This document shows, piece by piece, positions 37,124 to 45,232 of a DNA stretch of 64,000 nt. The first letter of the stretch is position 1; each line of letters begins with the position of its first letter. Below the pieces are notes generated by a model. It had not been told where the DNA came from. It searched no databases and saw nothing but the letters and a program-made list of their open reading frames with translations. The translations under genes were made by a program, and so were the position numbers. Source of the DNA: a virus (taxonomy: Duplodnaviria; Heunggongvirae; Uroviricota; Caudoviricetes); IMG/VR virus record IMGVR_UViG_3300021431_003088, one strand, 5' to 3'.

Positions 37124-37403
37124 ATTTACTCCCTTTTACCGATACAAACATCTGCTTTTCGTCCTTAGTGTCCTTATTTTTGAAGAATGGTCTTATTCTT
37201 TTTCGTTTTAGTAGCGGCTTTAAATAAAAGAAATAACAGGCATCAGAATTTTTGTGTATTAGACACGAAAACTCTCGTAGTTCGTGAAAAGTTCTTGGCT
37301 TTTTGCAAAATTCTTCTATATGTTCTGATACATATTGTGAATACATATATAAGAGGGCTATTATCGCTATAAAAAGCCCTATAAACATTGCTACTTCTTT
37401 CAT
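37107..37403 (-). CDS. small membrane protein
   Basis: ORF track. Confidence 0.4.
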   Translation of the reverse strand: MKEVAMFIGLFIAIIALLYMYSQYVSEHIEEFCKKPRTFHELREFSCLIHKNSDACYFFYLKPLLKRKRIRPFFKNKDTKDEKQMFVSVKGSKYDIRR

Positions 37404-37601
37404 TTAGCGCACCTTCGTGTATTTAATGGAAATATTTTCTGCATCCTTATAAAGAGTTTTATACCTCTTTATCTCCTTTTCAGCCATTCTTCTCAGATAT
37501 AGCCTCGCTTGTGTTTTATCCTTAGACCAAGTATCTCTTTTAGTGTTGATATAGGTCTTCTTTGATGTTTGCATAGTAATTATGTATTTTTTCAAAATCA
37601 T
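37404..37601 (-). CDS. hypothetical small basic protein
   Basis: ORF track. Confidence 0.4.
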   Translation of the reverse strand: MILKKYIITMQTSKKTYINTKRDTWSKDKTQARLYLRRMAEKEIKRYKTLYKDAENISIKYTKVR

Positions 37602-37816
37602 TTTAAGTTCTCCAGATTATTCTTATTTAGAAGAGCCATAAAGGTAGGAAAGTTTTCCAGCTCTTTATACAAGTCCTCTTCTGTTTGGAGCTTTTTGTTC
37701 CTAAAGCCTGTATGAAACACCTTTACACCATTTTTGTTATATATAGTCATACTTGATGCTCCATAAAGTTTTCCGCTGTAACCGTTTTCGTGTGTACATC
37801 TTATTTCTTTACTCAT
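37598..37816 (-). CDS. hypothetical small protein
   Basis: ORF track. Confidence 0.4.
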   Translation of the reverse strand: MSKEIRCTHENGYSGKLYGASSMTIYNKNGVKVFHTGFRNKKLQTEEDLYKELENFPTFMALLNKNNLENLK

Positions 37817-38060
37817 TTTTTAATCCTTCTATTATTGTTTGTAAATTATCTAAAATTTTTTCTAAATCGTTATAGGCATCAACAAACAGGTCAATATCTT
37901 TTACTTTACTTTTACTCACAAGCTCGTCTGCCATTCGTCTAATCTCTCCACTTCTTTTTGTGAGGCATCTATCGTACTGCGACAGGGTTTTAAGCATATC
38001 CTTTTTATTGGCGTTGTTTGTTTTTTCTATTCTGCTTTCTATATAATCTCTATTTAACAA
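37809..38060 (-). CDS. hypothetical small protein
   Basis: ORF track. Confidence 0.4.
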   Translation of the reverse strand: MLNRDYIESRIEKTNNANKKDMLKTLSQYDRCLTKRSGEIRRMADELVSKSKVKDIDLFVDAYNDLEKILDNLQTIIEGLKNE

Positions 38061-38270
38061 GTTACCACCTACTTAATTATCAGGTCTGTTTTCACCATTA
38101 CATAGAGGTTTCCGTCAGTATCCTTTGCCTTTACAACATTATCTCTTTCGCTTAAGATTAGATATTCTTTGTTACTATATATGTTTAATGCCTTAATATT
38201 TATTTCTTCTTTCTTCTTTCTTCCCATTTGTATTCCTCTTATAGAATATTTTTAGCGAACATTTCCTGTC

Positions 38271-39206
38271 TTAAAATCTATAATATCCGTCTACCAATTC
38301 TTTTGTTTTTCTGTAACCATCACAAATAAGGTAGTCTTCTTCTGCTACTTCTAGCGTGATAGGACAATCAAGCTTCATATTTTCGTATAGGTCTAAATAT
38401 TCATATAGTGTGTTTGCACTATCTTCTGTAAAAGGCATACCGTGATTACCTTTTCCATAGCCATTGCCAATGGTATCTGACAAATGAATTAGCTTTAGAT
38501 AAGGCTTGTTCTTCTTAAAGTAGTTTTCTATGGTAAAGTCGCTTTTGTCTATATATTCTTCATAGTTACTAGACAAAAGTGTTGCTATCTTTTCACTTAT
38601 TGTTGCGTGACAGGTATCAAGTACCGTGCCTATTCTTTCTGTATGTAGTTGCTCTCTTAATGCCTTTACTATCTCTACATTGTCAAAGCCCCAGTTGTTA
38701 TTTAGATGTAAATACTCGTTTTGTTTATTTACTCTAAGTGGCGATACATTCTCTAGTCCAAATTCAATGCAAGGATACTTAAATAGCATACAACCTATGC
38801 CGTTAAGGACTCTTTTCCAGCCATCGCTCAACATTTTTAGGTTCTCTTTATGTTCTTCTGAATGTACTACTATTAATATGCTTTTGTTTTGCGATTTACC
38901 TATAGTATTTGCTAAATAACATACCTGATCTAAAAGTTTAAAGTTGAAACTATCACATAGTTGTTCTAAATTAATATCTGCTACACCTTTGTAAGAGAAA
39001 AGTGGTGCGTGAACGACACAAATATTATGGTTTAGTAGTGTTTGCAGATTCATTACCTCTTCTACATAGTAATAGCTTCCAAGTTCGTTATTTTTGAGAA
39101 GCTCACACATAAGCTGGATTTCTATACCATCACAACCTATCTTTTCTTTTATAGCAATATTATTTTCCTCGGCAATAGCTTTTGCGTATATTTGTGGTTT
39201 ACTCAT
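38271..39206 (-). CDS. xylose-isomerase-like TIM-barrel protein (AP endonuclease family 2 / Nfo-like)
   Basis: LDTCHA motif and HAPL/LENV-like segments; weak assignment. Confidence 0.45.
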   Translation of the reverse strand: MSKPQIYAKAIAEENNIAIKEKIGCDGIEIQLMCELLKNNELGSYYYVEEVMNLQTLLNHNICVVHAPLFSYKGVADINLEQLCDSFNFKLLDQVCYLANTIGKSQNKSILIVVHSEEHKENLKMLSDGWKRVLNGIGCMLFKYPCIEFGLENVSPLRVNKQNEYLHLNNNWGFDNVEIVKALREQLHTERIGTVLDTCHATISEKIATLLSSNYEEYIDKSDFTIENYFKKNKPYLKLIHLSDTIGNGYGKGNHGMPFTEDSANTLYEYLDLYENMKLDCPITLEVAEEDYLICDGYRKTKELVDGYYRF

Positions 39207-39381
39207 TCGTTTTATTCCTCAAAGGCAATTGATAATTATTAACTTCTGAAAACTTATCGCAGGCTCTATCAGTAGGCTCTACTATACATCCATCTAGCAT
39301 ACATTCGTAGTACACCATGTTTCTTCCTGCGTGTCTTACTGCGCATTTGCCACAGTTCTTACAGCATCTTTCACTACTCAT
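39199..39381 (-). CDS. Cys-rich small protein
   Basis: ORF track; overlaps neighbours by a few nt. Confidence 0.4.
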   Translation of the reverse strand: MSSERCCKNCGKCAVRHAGRNMVYYECMLDGCIVEPTDRACDKFSEVNNYQLPLRNKTNE

Positions 39382-39382
39382 A

Positions 39383-39829
39383 TTACATACCTTCCTTTAT
39401 TAAAAATTCGATTGTTTCTTTCGCAATTCTATATTCGTTTGCTTTTTCTCCTAGTCTATCTGCTATATTTCTAAGTCTTTCTTCATAGCCGACTTCTTTT
39501 CCAGCATCCTCTCCACTAGACTCTACGGATAAGTCTGCTGACCAAAGTAGAAGCAATTCCTCTGGTATTTTTGTTTTTCCAGTAATCTGCATATATTCTT
39601 TTGGACTATAGCCATGAAAACCTATAAATTCACTCATAGTTGAGTCTGGAAAAAGCATTGCTCCTCTTGCTTCGTGTTCTTCCTTGCCTTCGATATAGCC
39701 TATATCATGATTTAGACCTAGCATATAGCACTCTTCTTTTGTTAGGAGCTTACAGTTAAACTTGTCGTAGTTTTTATACATATATTCTGCTACGCCTATC
39801 ATATGTTCTAATCTATCTTTTTGTATCAA
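39383..39829 (-). CDS. HD-domain phosphohydrolase-like protein
   Basis: H..NHDIGY motif; track start is TTG, in-frame ATG at 39805. Confidence 0.45.
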   Translation of the reverse strand: MIQKDRLEHMIGVAEYMYKNYDKFNCKLLTKEECYMLGLNHDIGYIEGKEEHEARGAMLFPDSTMSEFIGFHGYSPKEYMQITGKTKIPEELLLLWSADLSVESSGEDAGKEVGYEERLRNIADRLGEKANEYRIAKETIEFLIKEGM

Positions 39830-40030
39830 TGCTTCTTCTTCTTTTCTAGTTTTTCTAATCTAACATTGGTAACACTTTGTTCTACTTTCATTTCATCGAG
39901 TTCGGCCTTCATGTCGATTATTTCTCGTCTTAATTGCCTCATTTCGTTTCTCATTTTCTTATACTTTAAATCTTGTTGATCCATTTTAAACCTCTATATT
40001 CCCTAAACTTTTAGAAAATAAATTTTTCTA

Positions 40031-40059
40031 CATTATTTATATAAGTGTAGTGCGAAGTT
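40031..40059 (-). promoter_or_regulatory. conserved phage promoter motif, extended subclass
   Basis: tatataagtgtagtgcgaagtt. Confidence 0.45.
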
Positions 40060-40084
40060 TCAAGAATTAACAAAATACTGGTAA

Positions 40085-40386
40085 GAACCTTGTATTTATG
40101 CGGATTTAGAGTAAATGAAAAACCCTTCTTTGAAAAATAAATAATATTTTTTAAGAAATTTTTACGGATTTCAGTGAATTATGACAAGTAATAAGTAGGG
40201 AGGAAAATTTTTTTCAGAAAAAAGTACGGAAATAGGTATGCAGTAGGACATATCTTTAATGAAGGAGAAAAAACTTTGGTGGAAACATCATAAATTTTGC
40301 AAGTAATAATTAGAAAGGCGGTGATCAAGTTGAGGGTATGAAATAAATAGTAGCAACAAGTAATAATAAGTAGGAGGATAAGAAAT
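40085..40386 (+). repeat. degenerate ~65-100-bp tandem repeats in the leader of gene 40387 (acgga(t/a)tt.. + caagtaataa.aagtagg.agga x3) with mini-ORFs
   Basis: seen in sequence. Confidence 0.4.
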
Positions 40387-40977
40387 ATGGATAAGGATAT
40401 TAGAACAGAGATGGAAAATATTTACAGAAGAATTAAAGCAAAAGAGGAAGAAGAAAGAATGGAAATTGACAGCATAAACGAAAGTTTGAATAAATTACTA
40501 ACAGACGAAGAACATTACCCATTAAGTAAAGGCTACGCTGAAGTGTTTAAACCATTAGTAGATAAGGTTAATAATGGCGAATTTGGTAGGAGTGGCACGG
40601 AAAAGAAACACATAATAGAATTTGTATTAGATTTTATTGAATTTGCGATAGATAAGATAGATTATAGTCTTGAGGATAGCCTAGTTAGGGGCTATGTGGC
40701 TACTGATTTACAAAAGGCTAACAAGAACCTATCTACACGAATAGAACTCATTCTAGAAGCGTATAGAGGCTTTGTAGACAGCCCTAGAGGTAGCGAACTT
40801 GATATAGGTGCTTTCTTTACATACCAAGAAGATTTCTACAAGGGTTATATGGAACTAGATGAAGAATATTATGATGAATATAACAGGTTTATATTACTTT
40901 CTTATTTTGAGAATAGGTTGCTTTGTCACTATCAGAAGAGTGTGTTTTTTGAAGTACACGAATTAATATTTCAATAA
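40387..40977 (+). CDS. hypothetical protein (plus-strand island)
   Basis: ORF track; RBS GTAGGAGGATAAG upstream. Confidence 0.5.
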   Translation: MDKDIRTEMENIYRRIKAKEEEERMEIDSINESLNKLLTDEEHYPLSKGYAEVFKPLVDKVNNGEFGRSGTEKKHIIEFVLDFIEFAIDKIDYSLEDSLVRGYVATDLQKANKNLSTRIELILEAYRGFVDSPRGSELDIGAFFTYQEDFYKGYMELDEEYYDEYNRFILLSYFENRLLCHYQKSVFFEVHELIFQ

Positions 40978-41019
40978 TGACACGAAGCCTAGAAAAACAT
41001 TTAGCAGCAACAATGTTTT

Positions 41020-41065
41020 GGTACTAACCGTATAGAAAAAACAAGACATCTATGCTATAATATAT
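41020..41065 (+). promoter_or_regulatory. sigma70-like promoter with extended -10 TGCTATAAT (41053-41061)
   Basis: followed by ~180-nt leader with hairpins (aaacatt..aatgttt; ccctagta..tactaggg). Confidence 0.45.
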
Positions 41066-41247
41066 ATGTAATTATAGGAGTTTTGGGAACGATAGTAAGT
41101 AATACATCATATATTGTTGTGTATATTTGGTGATATAATTATTTACTATAATTATATAGGGATTGCCCTAGTAACTTATTTATACTAGGGTAGGCGAATG
41201 CTTTCTCTAGTTTTATATAGATAAAATATAAAGAAAGGAGAGAGCGT

Positions 41248-41439
41248 ATGGAGGTGATTGAAGTGCGTAATAAAATCAAACCGTACAAAGGAAGATGGTG
41301 TCCTCGTTCAATCGCAAACGAGATAAATGATATGTTTTATAATGCGCAAAAACCAGATAGGACAGCTCTTGAAAAAGAATCTCAAGAATACCTAAACTAT
41401 CTTAGAGCAAAGAAATTATCTCGCACCGCAAGTAATTAA
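41248..41439 (+). CDS. small protein, candidate antitoxin-like partner of the downstream GNAT gene
   Basis: 63 aa; stop/start separated by 1 nt from 41441. Confidence 0.45.
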   Translation: MEVIEVRNKIKPYKGRWCPRSIANEINDMFYNAQKPDRTALEKESQEYLNYLRAKKLSRTASN

Positions 41440-41440
41440 T

Positions 41441-41998
41441 ATGAGAATACTTGAAGATGAATTTTTCTACTTAAAACACCTTGAAGAAATAGACGATTTG
41501 TCTGAATTTTCATCAAAGAAGGGATACGGATTAGAATATTATTTAAAAAATAATGCTCTTGGCGAAGAAAAAGCCAATATTTCCAGAACATACCTTGTTT
41601 TAAGTAAGGAAACAGAAAAAATTGTTGCTTATTTTACTTTAAGAACAGGTTTAATTACAATAAGCAGAGGATTTTTAAGAGGATTTGACACTTACACAGG
41701 TATCGAATTATCAAATTTTGCAGTAAATGATAATTATGATGAAAAAATCGAAAATATACCTAAGTTCGGTAGCCATATCTTCTTCCAGTTTGTATTGCCA
41801 CTCGTAAGAAAAATTGGTGAACTTGTAGGAGCATATTGTCTTTATATTTATGCTCTGCCATCCAATAAATTAATGGCACATTATCAAACAATGGGGTTTA
41901 CTATGACCTCGAAGCGTGTTGAAAGATATATTTATAGACACGTAAAGCCTTATTATGATAAAGGCTGCAGATTTATGTATCAAATTATTGATTCATAA
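41441..41998 (+). CDS. GNAT-family N-acetyltransferase (toxin-like architecture)
   Basis: R..G..G/A-like acetyl-CoA motif RKIGELVGAY, C-terminal YALP..KLMAHYQTMGF; tight coupling to upstream small ORF. Confidence 0.5.
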   Translation: MRILEDEFFYLKHLEEIDDLSEFSSKKGYGLEYYLKNNALGEEKANISRTYLVLSKETEKIVAYFTLRTGLITISRGFLRGFDTYTGIELSNFAVNDNYDEKIENIPKFGSHIFFQFVLPLVRKIGELVGAYCLYIYALPSNKLMAHYQTMGFTMTSKRVERYIYRHVKPYYDKGCRFMYQIIDS

Positions 41999-42007
41999 AG
42001 TATTCTA

Positions 42008-42036
42008 GCGTCACAGAATGTGGCGCTTTTTTTTAT
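42008..42036 (+). terminator. rho-independent terminator gcgtcacagaatgtggcgc + T8
   Basis: seen in sequence. Confidence 0.55.
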
Positions 42037-42065
42037 TGCGTGATCATATTTTGAGAACAGGTTAC

Positions 42066-42112
42066 ATTAAAAAAGAGGGAAGATCACACCATTGTGTAAT
42101 TCATCCCTCTTT
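42066..42112. terminator. bidirectional compound hairpin agagggaag..cttccctct flanked by A/T runs
   Basis: seen in sequence. Confidence 0.45.
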
Positions 42113-42280
42113 TATGGCTGATTTTAGTGTTGTCTGCCAACGGTTCCACATTTTTAATGCGAAATACTGTACGGATTATTCAGTGTTGTCCGCCAACGGG
42201 TATTTTAAATACCAATAGTACAGATTAAGATGTCAGCCACATCATAGGGAATGTCCCACTGGGGATATTCCAATTAAGAG
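42070..42280 (-). ncRNA. candidate ~200-nt non-coding RNA transcribed from the duplicated sigma-gene promoter copy
   Basis: no ORF >8 codons downstream of promoter copy; 19-bp direct repeats AGTGTTGTCYGCCAACGG at 42128 and 42181; ends at hairpin terminator. Confidence 0.35.
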
Positions 42281-42334
42281 AGCAAACATTTGCTCTACCA
42301 ATAGCTACTTATATATATAAGTTCAAAATCGTAG
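42279..42334 (-). promoter_or_regulatory. second copy of the sigma-gene promoter/operator (palindrome AGAGCAAATGTTTGCTCT)
   Basis: 52/54 identical to 26321-26376. Confidence 0.55.
42308..42331 (-). promoter_or_regulatory. promoter motif copy overlapping the duplicated region
   Basis: cttatatatataagttcaaaatcg. Confidence 0.4.
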
Positions 42335-42341
42335 TATATTC

Positions 42342-42692
42342 TTAGTCTTTTATTTTCTGATTCACCTTATCAAACACTGCCTTAAAGTAAACACCCTCGT
42401 AGTCTTTTTGTCTCTCTTCTTCTGTCTTTTCGCCAAAATGCTCTGGCGATATTCTTAGGGATAGAATACTCTCTAGCACTCTACCAGTTCTATTAGCCTC
42501 AATAGCGTTATAGACAACCTCATCAAAGTTATCGAGGATAACCTTTTCGCATTTATCCTTTGGTCCTTTACCATAGATAAAACCTGATTCATCTTCTCCT
42601 ATTCTAATTTCGCCTTTGAGCGCATGTAAGATTTCCTCTCTATCATATAATTTTGCTTGCTGAAAGCTAATTCCGCTTCCATATTTACTCAT
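42342..42692 (-). CDS. hypothetical protein, candidate partner (toxin-like?) of Panacea-domain protein
   Basis: 8-nt overlap with upstream gene. Confidence 0.45.
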   Translation of the reverse strand: MSKYGSGISFQQAKLYDREEILHALKGEIRIGEDESGFIYGKGPKDKCEKVILDNFDEVVYNAIEANRTGRVLESILSLRISPEHFGEKTEEERQKDYEGVYFKAVFDKVNQKIKD

Positions 42693-43188
42693 ATAAGTCC
42701 TCCTTAAAATACTCTCTTATTGCATCTATTGTAATTTCATTATTCATGTTTTGCTGATATGCGTTTTTCCACGTATCTTGGTTATGCGTTAATGTAACAA
42801 GTGATGTGGCGGAATAATTAGAAAAAGTATCTATTACTTCTCTTATTCTTTTTTTGTCTTTATCAGATATATTGTTATCATCAAAATACTCACGTTCTGA
42901 ATCCCATATATTATCATAATTTATTCTCATAATAGATTTCATTGTAGGGATATTTGTACTTCCAAATCTTCTATATTCGTAATATGCTCTAGGAACAACA
43001 GGTCCAAAATTCCAAGCCTCTATTTTGTCACCAAAACACGGTCTTTTTCTTTGTGTATTGATTAAAAAATATGCTTGAATGAAATACAATATTTTTTGGA
43101 GTTTTAGATTTGAAATGCCATACCCCTTATTGTTACTATATTCTATAGCATATCTACAAACTTCTAATACATCATATGGTTCTTTCAT
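42685..43188 (-). CDS. Panacea-domain (DUF4065 / SocA / GepA-like) protein
   Basis: NLKLQKILYFIQAYF...IEAWNFGPVVPRAYYEY matches the KLQKLLYYAQ...AW.YGPV.P..Y core. Confidence 0.6.
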   Translation of the reverse strand: MKEPYDVLEVCRYAIEYSNNKGYGISNLKLQKILYFIQAYFLINTQRKRPCFGDKIEAWNFGPVVPRAYYEYRRFGSTNIPTMKSIMRINYDNIWDSEREYFDDNNISDKDKKRIREVIDTFSNYSATSLVTLTHNQDTWKNAYQQNMNNEITIDAIREYFKEDLYE

Positions 43189-43223
43189 GATCTTTTGTCC
43201 TTTTTTTCTTTAAAAACCTTATA

Positions 43224-43454
43224 TTAATAAGCCAATCTCCCGATACTTAATTTCTTACATTTTGTCGTAAGAAGTGTCAATTTTCTTCCGCAAAATGGAC
43301 AATAATTGCATTGCAAATAATACGAAGCTCCATCATCTCCATAAAATGTTAAAATGTTTAATTCTTGAATAAAAACTTCTGCTTTATTATTTGAACCAAA
43401 TGATGTAAAATCTATAAGACCTTTTTCACAATAATTACATTTTTTATTATTCAT
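43224..43454 (-). CDS. zinc-ribbon small protein
   Basis: CNYCEKG...CNYCPFCGRKL. Confidence 0.4.
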   Translation of the reverse strand: MNNKKCNYCEKGLIDFTSFGSNNKAEVFIQELNILTFYGDDGASYYLQCNYCPFCGRKLTLLTTKCKKLSIGRLAY

Positions 43455-43489
43455 TGTATCAACTCCTGAGAGGTATCAACTATAAACGA

Positions 43490-43678
43490 CTAATTTAATT
43501 TCTCTCCACATAGAGGACAAAAATTAATTGCTTTTAAATATTCCCTACTTCTTTTTCTGTCATTTATTATCAATGTATTGATTTTTTTATTTATATGTAA
43601 TTCGTAATTTACTTTAACATTATCCATCATATCTTCTTGTATTAAAGTTTTTTCATTTTCACAATATTCGCATCCCAT
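43490..43678 (-). CDS. zinc-ribbon small protein (paralogue-like of 43224..43454)
   Basis: CEYCENE...CPLCGEKL. Confidence 0.4.
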   Translation of the reverse strand: MGCEYCENEKTLIQEDMMDNVKVNYELHINKKINTLIINDRKRSREYLKAINFCPLCGEKLN

Positions 43679-43735
43679 ATTGAACCTCGTCTAACTATTT
43701 ATCAAATTCATTTATCAGGGCTTCTTATTCTATCT

Positions 43736-44053
43736 TTACAAACACATTATGTCTTTTAACTTTTTTTTCATATCCTTTTGTCCGTCTGCATATCCTTTTC
43801 TATATAGATATGTTTTTTCAAAACCAGTGTTAGTTGACGATGGTGTGTATTTCTGTATGCAATTTGGTATGATTACATTATCTCGTGATATATTAAATAT
43901 ATCGCATATACCCGAAAACACATACGCTGGCATTGACTGAGTGCCATTTTCATAGGAAAGGTATGTCGTATAGGGTACACCTAATTCTTCTGCCAAGTCC
44001 TTTTTTGATAAACCGTAATCTTTTCTTAATGCATTTATTGTTTTCTTAATCAA
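43736..44053 (-). CDS. XRE-family helix-turn-helix transcriptional regulator
   Basis: LRKDYGLSKKDLAEELGVPYTTYLSYENG. Confidence 0.65.
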   Translation of the reverse strand: MIKKTINALRKDYGLSKKDLAEELGVPYTTYLSYENGTQSMPAYVFSGICDIFNISRDNVIIPNCIQKYTPSSTNTGFEKTYLYRKGYADGQKDMKKKLKDIMCL

Positions 44054-44094
44054 TATCCATTTCCTCTAAAATTTCAACTTCTTTACTGCGTTTT

Positions 44095-44421
44095 TTACTT
44101 ATCTTCTACCTCGTGCCAGTCGTATTCAGCTTCGATTTCGAAGATATCGCTGTATATATCAGCATCTTCATCATCACATTCATTTATAGTTTGTGCAGCT
44201 GTGCCTTTTTCTATTACCTCTATTAACCAAATTCCTTTATGGTTTTTTCCATAACTTGCTTTAATGATTGTGCCATCACTAAAACCTATCCTTACTACGC
44301 TATCGAAACAACCTATCTCGTCTGCTGGATAAGGTGCGCCCTCTATTATTACTAGATCATCTGAACAACCGTAAACTTTTGTCTTTTCCATAGTTTTTCT
44401 CCTACGATTTATTGCTTGCAA
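44095..44421 (-). CDS. hypothetical acidic protein
   Basis: ORF track. Confidence 0.45.
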   Translation of the reverse strand: MQAINRRRKTMEKTKVYGCSDDLVIIEGAPYPADEIGCFDSVVRIGFSDGTIIKASYGKNHKGIWLIEVIEKGTAAQTINECDDEDADIYSDIFEIEAEYDWHEVEDK

Positions 44422-44435
44422 TTAGTCTTCTTTGA

Positions 44436-44756
44436 TTATTGTAAGTTTTCTTCAACCTCAATAAAGCAATTAATATATCTATATTTCTTGCCATCGTAAA
44501 TAAAATTAATGTAACCACCACTACTATCAGTAATAACATTTGTAACACCTTTGTACTCGGCCATCTTTTCTCCATTTGCGGTGTATACAGTAATGTCTTT
44601 TGTTTGTGTTTTAGGCGGCGTATCAAAGCCAGTTACAAATACAAAAATTATTGCTATGCATAACATTACAAATATAGTGATAGCTATAATGCTTTTGATT
44701 TTTTCGATTTTCTCAAACTTTTTTGCGTCCATAAAAATCCCCTTATTGATTATCAA
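44436..44756 (-). CDS. membrane-anchored hypothetical protein
   Basis: ORF track; N-terminal TM. Confidence 0.45.
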   Translation of the reverse strand: MIINKGIFMDAKKFEKIEKIKSIIAITIFVMLCIAIIFVFVTGFDTPPKTQTKDITVYTANGEKMAEYKGVTNVITDSSGGYINFIYDGKKYRYINCFIEVEENLQ

Positions 44757-44776
44757 TTTTGGCTCTATGTTGATAT

Positions 44777-45208
44777 TTACTTTTCCTCTAAAATTAGACC
44801 TGTCAATTCATTTGCTCTGATACGATAGGCTTTTTGTGCTTCATATTCCGTGTATTCCTCTCCACATGAAAGGCAGTGAGAAAGAGGAAATTCAAGCAGG
44901 TCTTTGAGCGTCTTGATTTCATTCTTATGCTGTTCAACCAGAGCTGCAACAAATTTTTCGTGAGCTTCATGCGCATCCTTTTCTGTTGCGAATATACAAT
45001 TTTCTGTAGCCCCAAATGTTCCTTTGATATCTATAGAATGTAATTTATAGACACCTTGACCTGTACTTGATTCATGTTCCACATAATCAATAACTTCACA
45101 TTTCTCCGCTATGTTATATGGGCTATTAACATAAACTATTTGTTTGTTCTTAAATTTTTGCATATCGTTTATATCTCCTATAACCAATCGGAAGAACCCG
45201 GTTTGCAT
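44777..45208 (-). CDS. hypothetical protein
   Basis: ORF track. Confidence 0.45.
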   Translation of the reverse strand: MQTGFFRLVIGDINDMQKFKNKQIVYVNSPYNIAEKCEVIDYVEHESSTGQGVYKLHSIDIKGTFGATENCIFATEKDAHEAHEKFVAALVEQHKNEIKTLKDLLEFPLSHCLSCGEEYTEYEAQKAYRIRANELTGLILEEK

Positions 45209-45232
45209 CGTGTTTTGGGTTTATTTTGTTTT

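Noticed and set aside
42018-42218. Plus-strand ORF 42018..42218 (66 aa)
   Set aside because: It spans two terminator hairpins and the direct-repeat region and has no RBS. The region is better explained as non-coding
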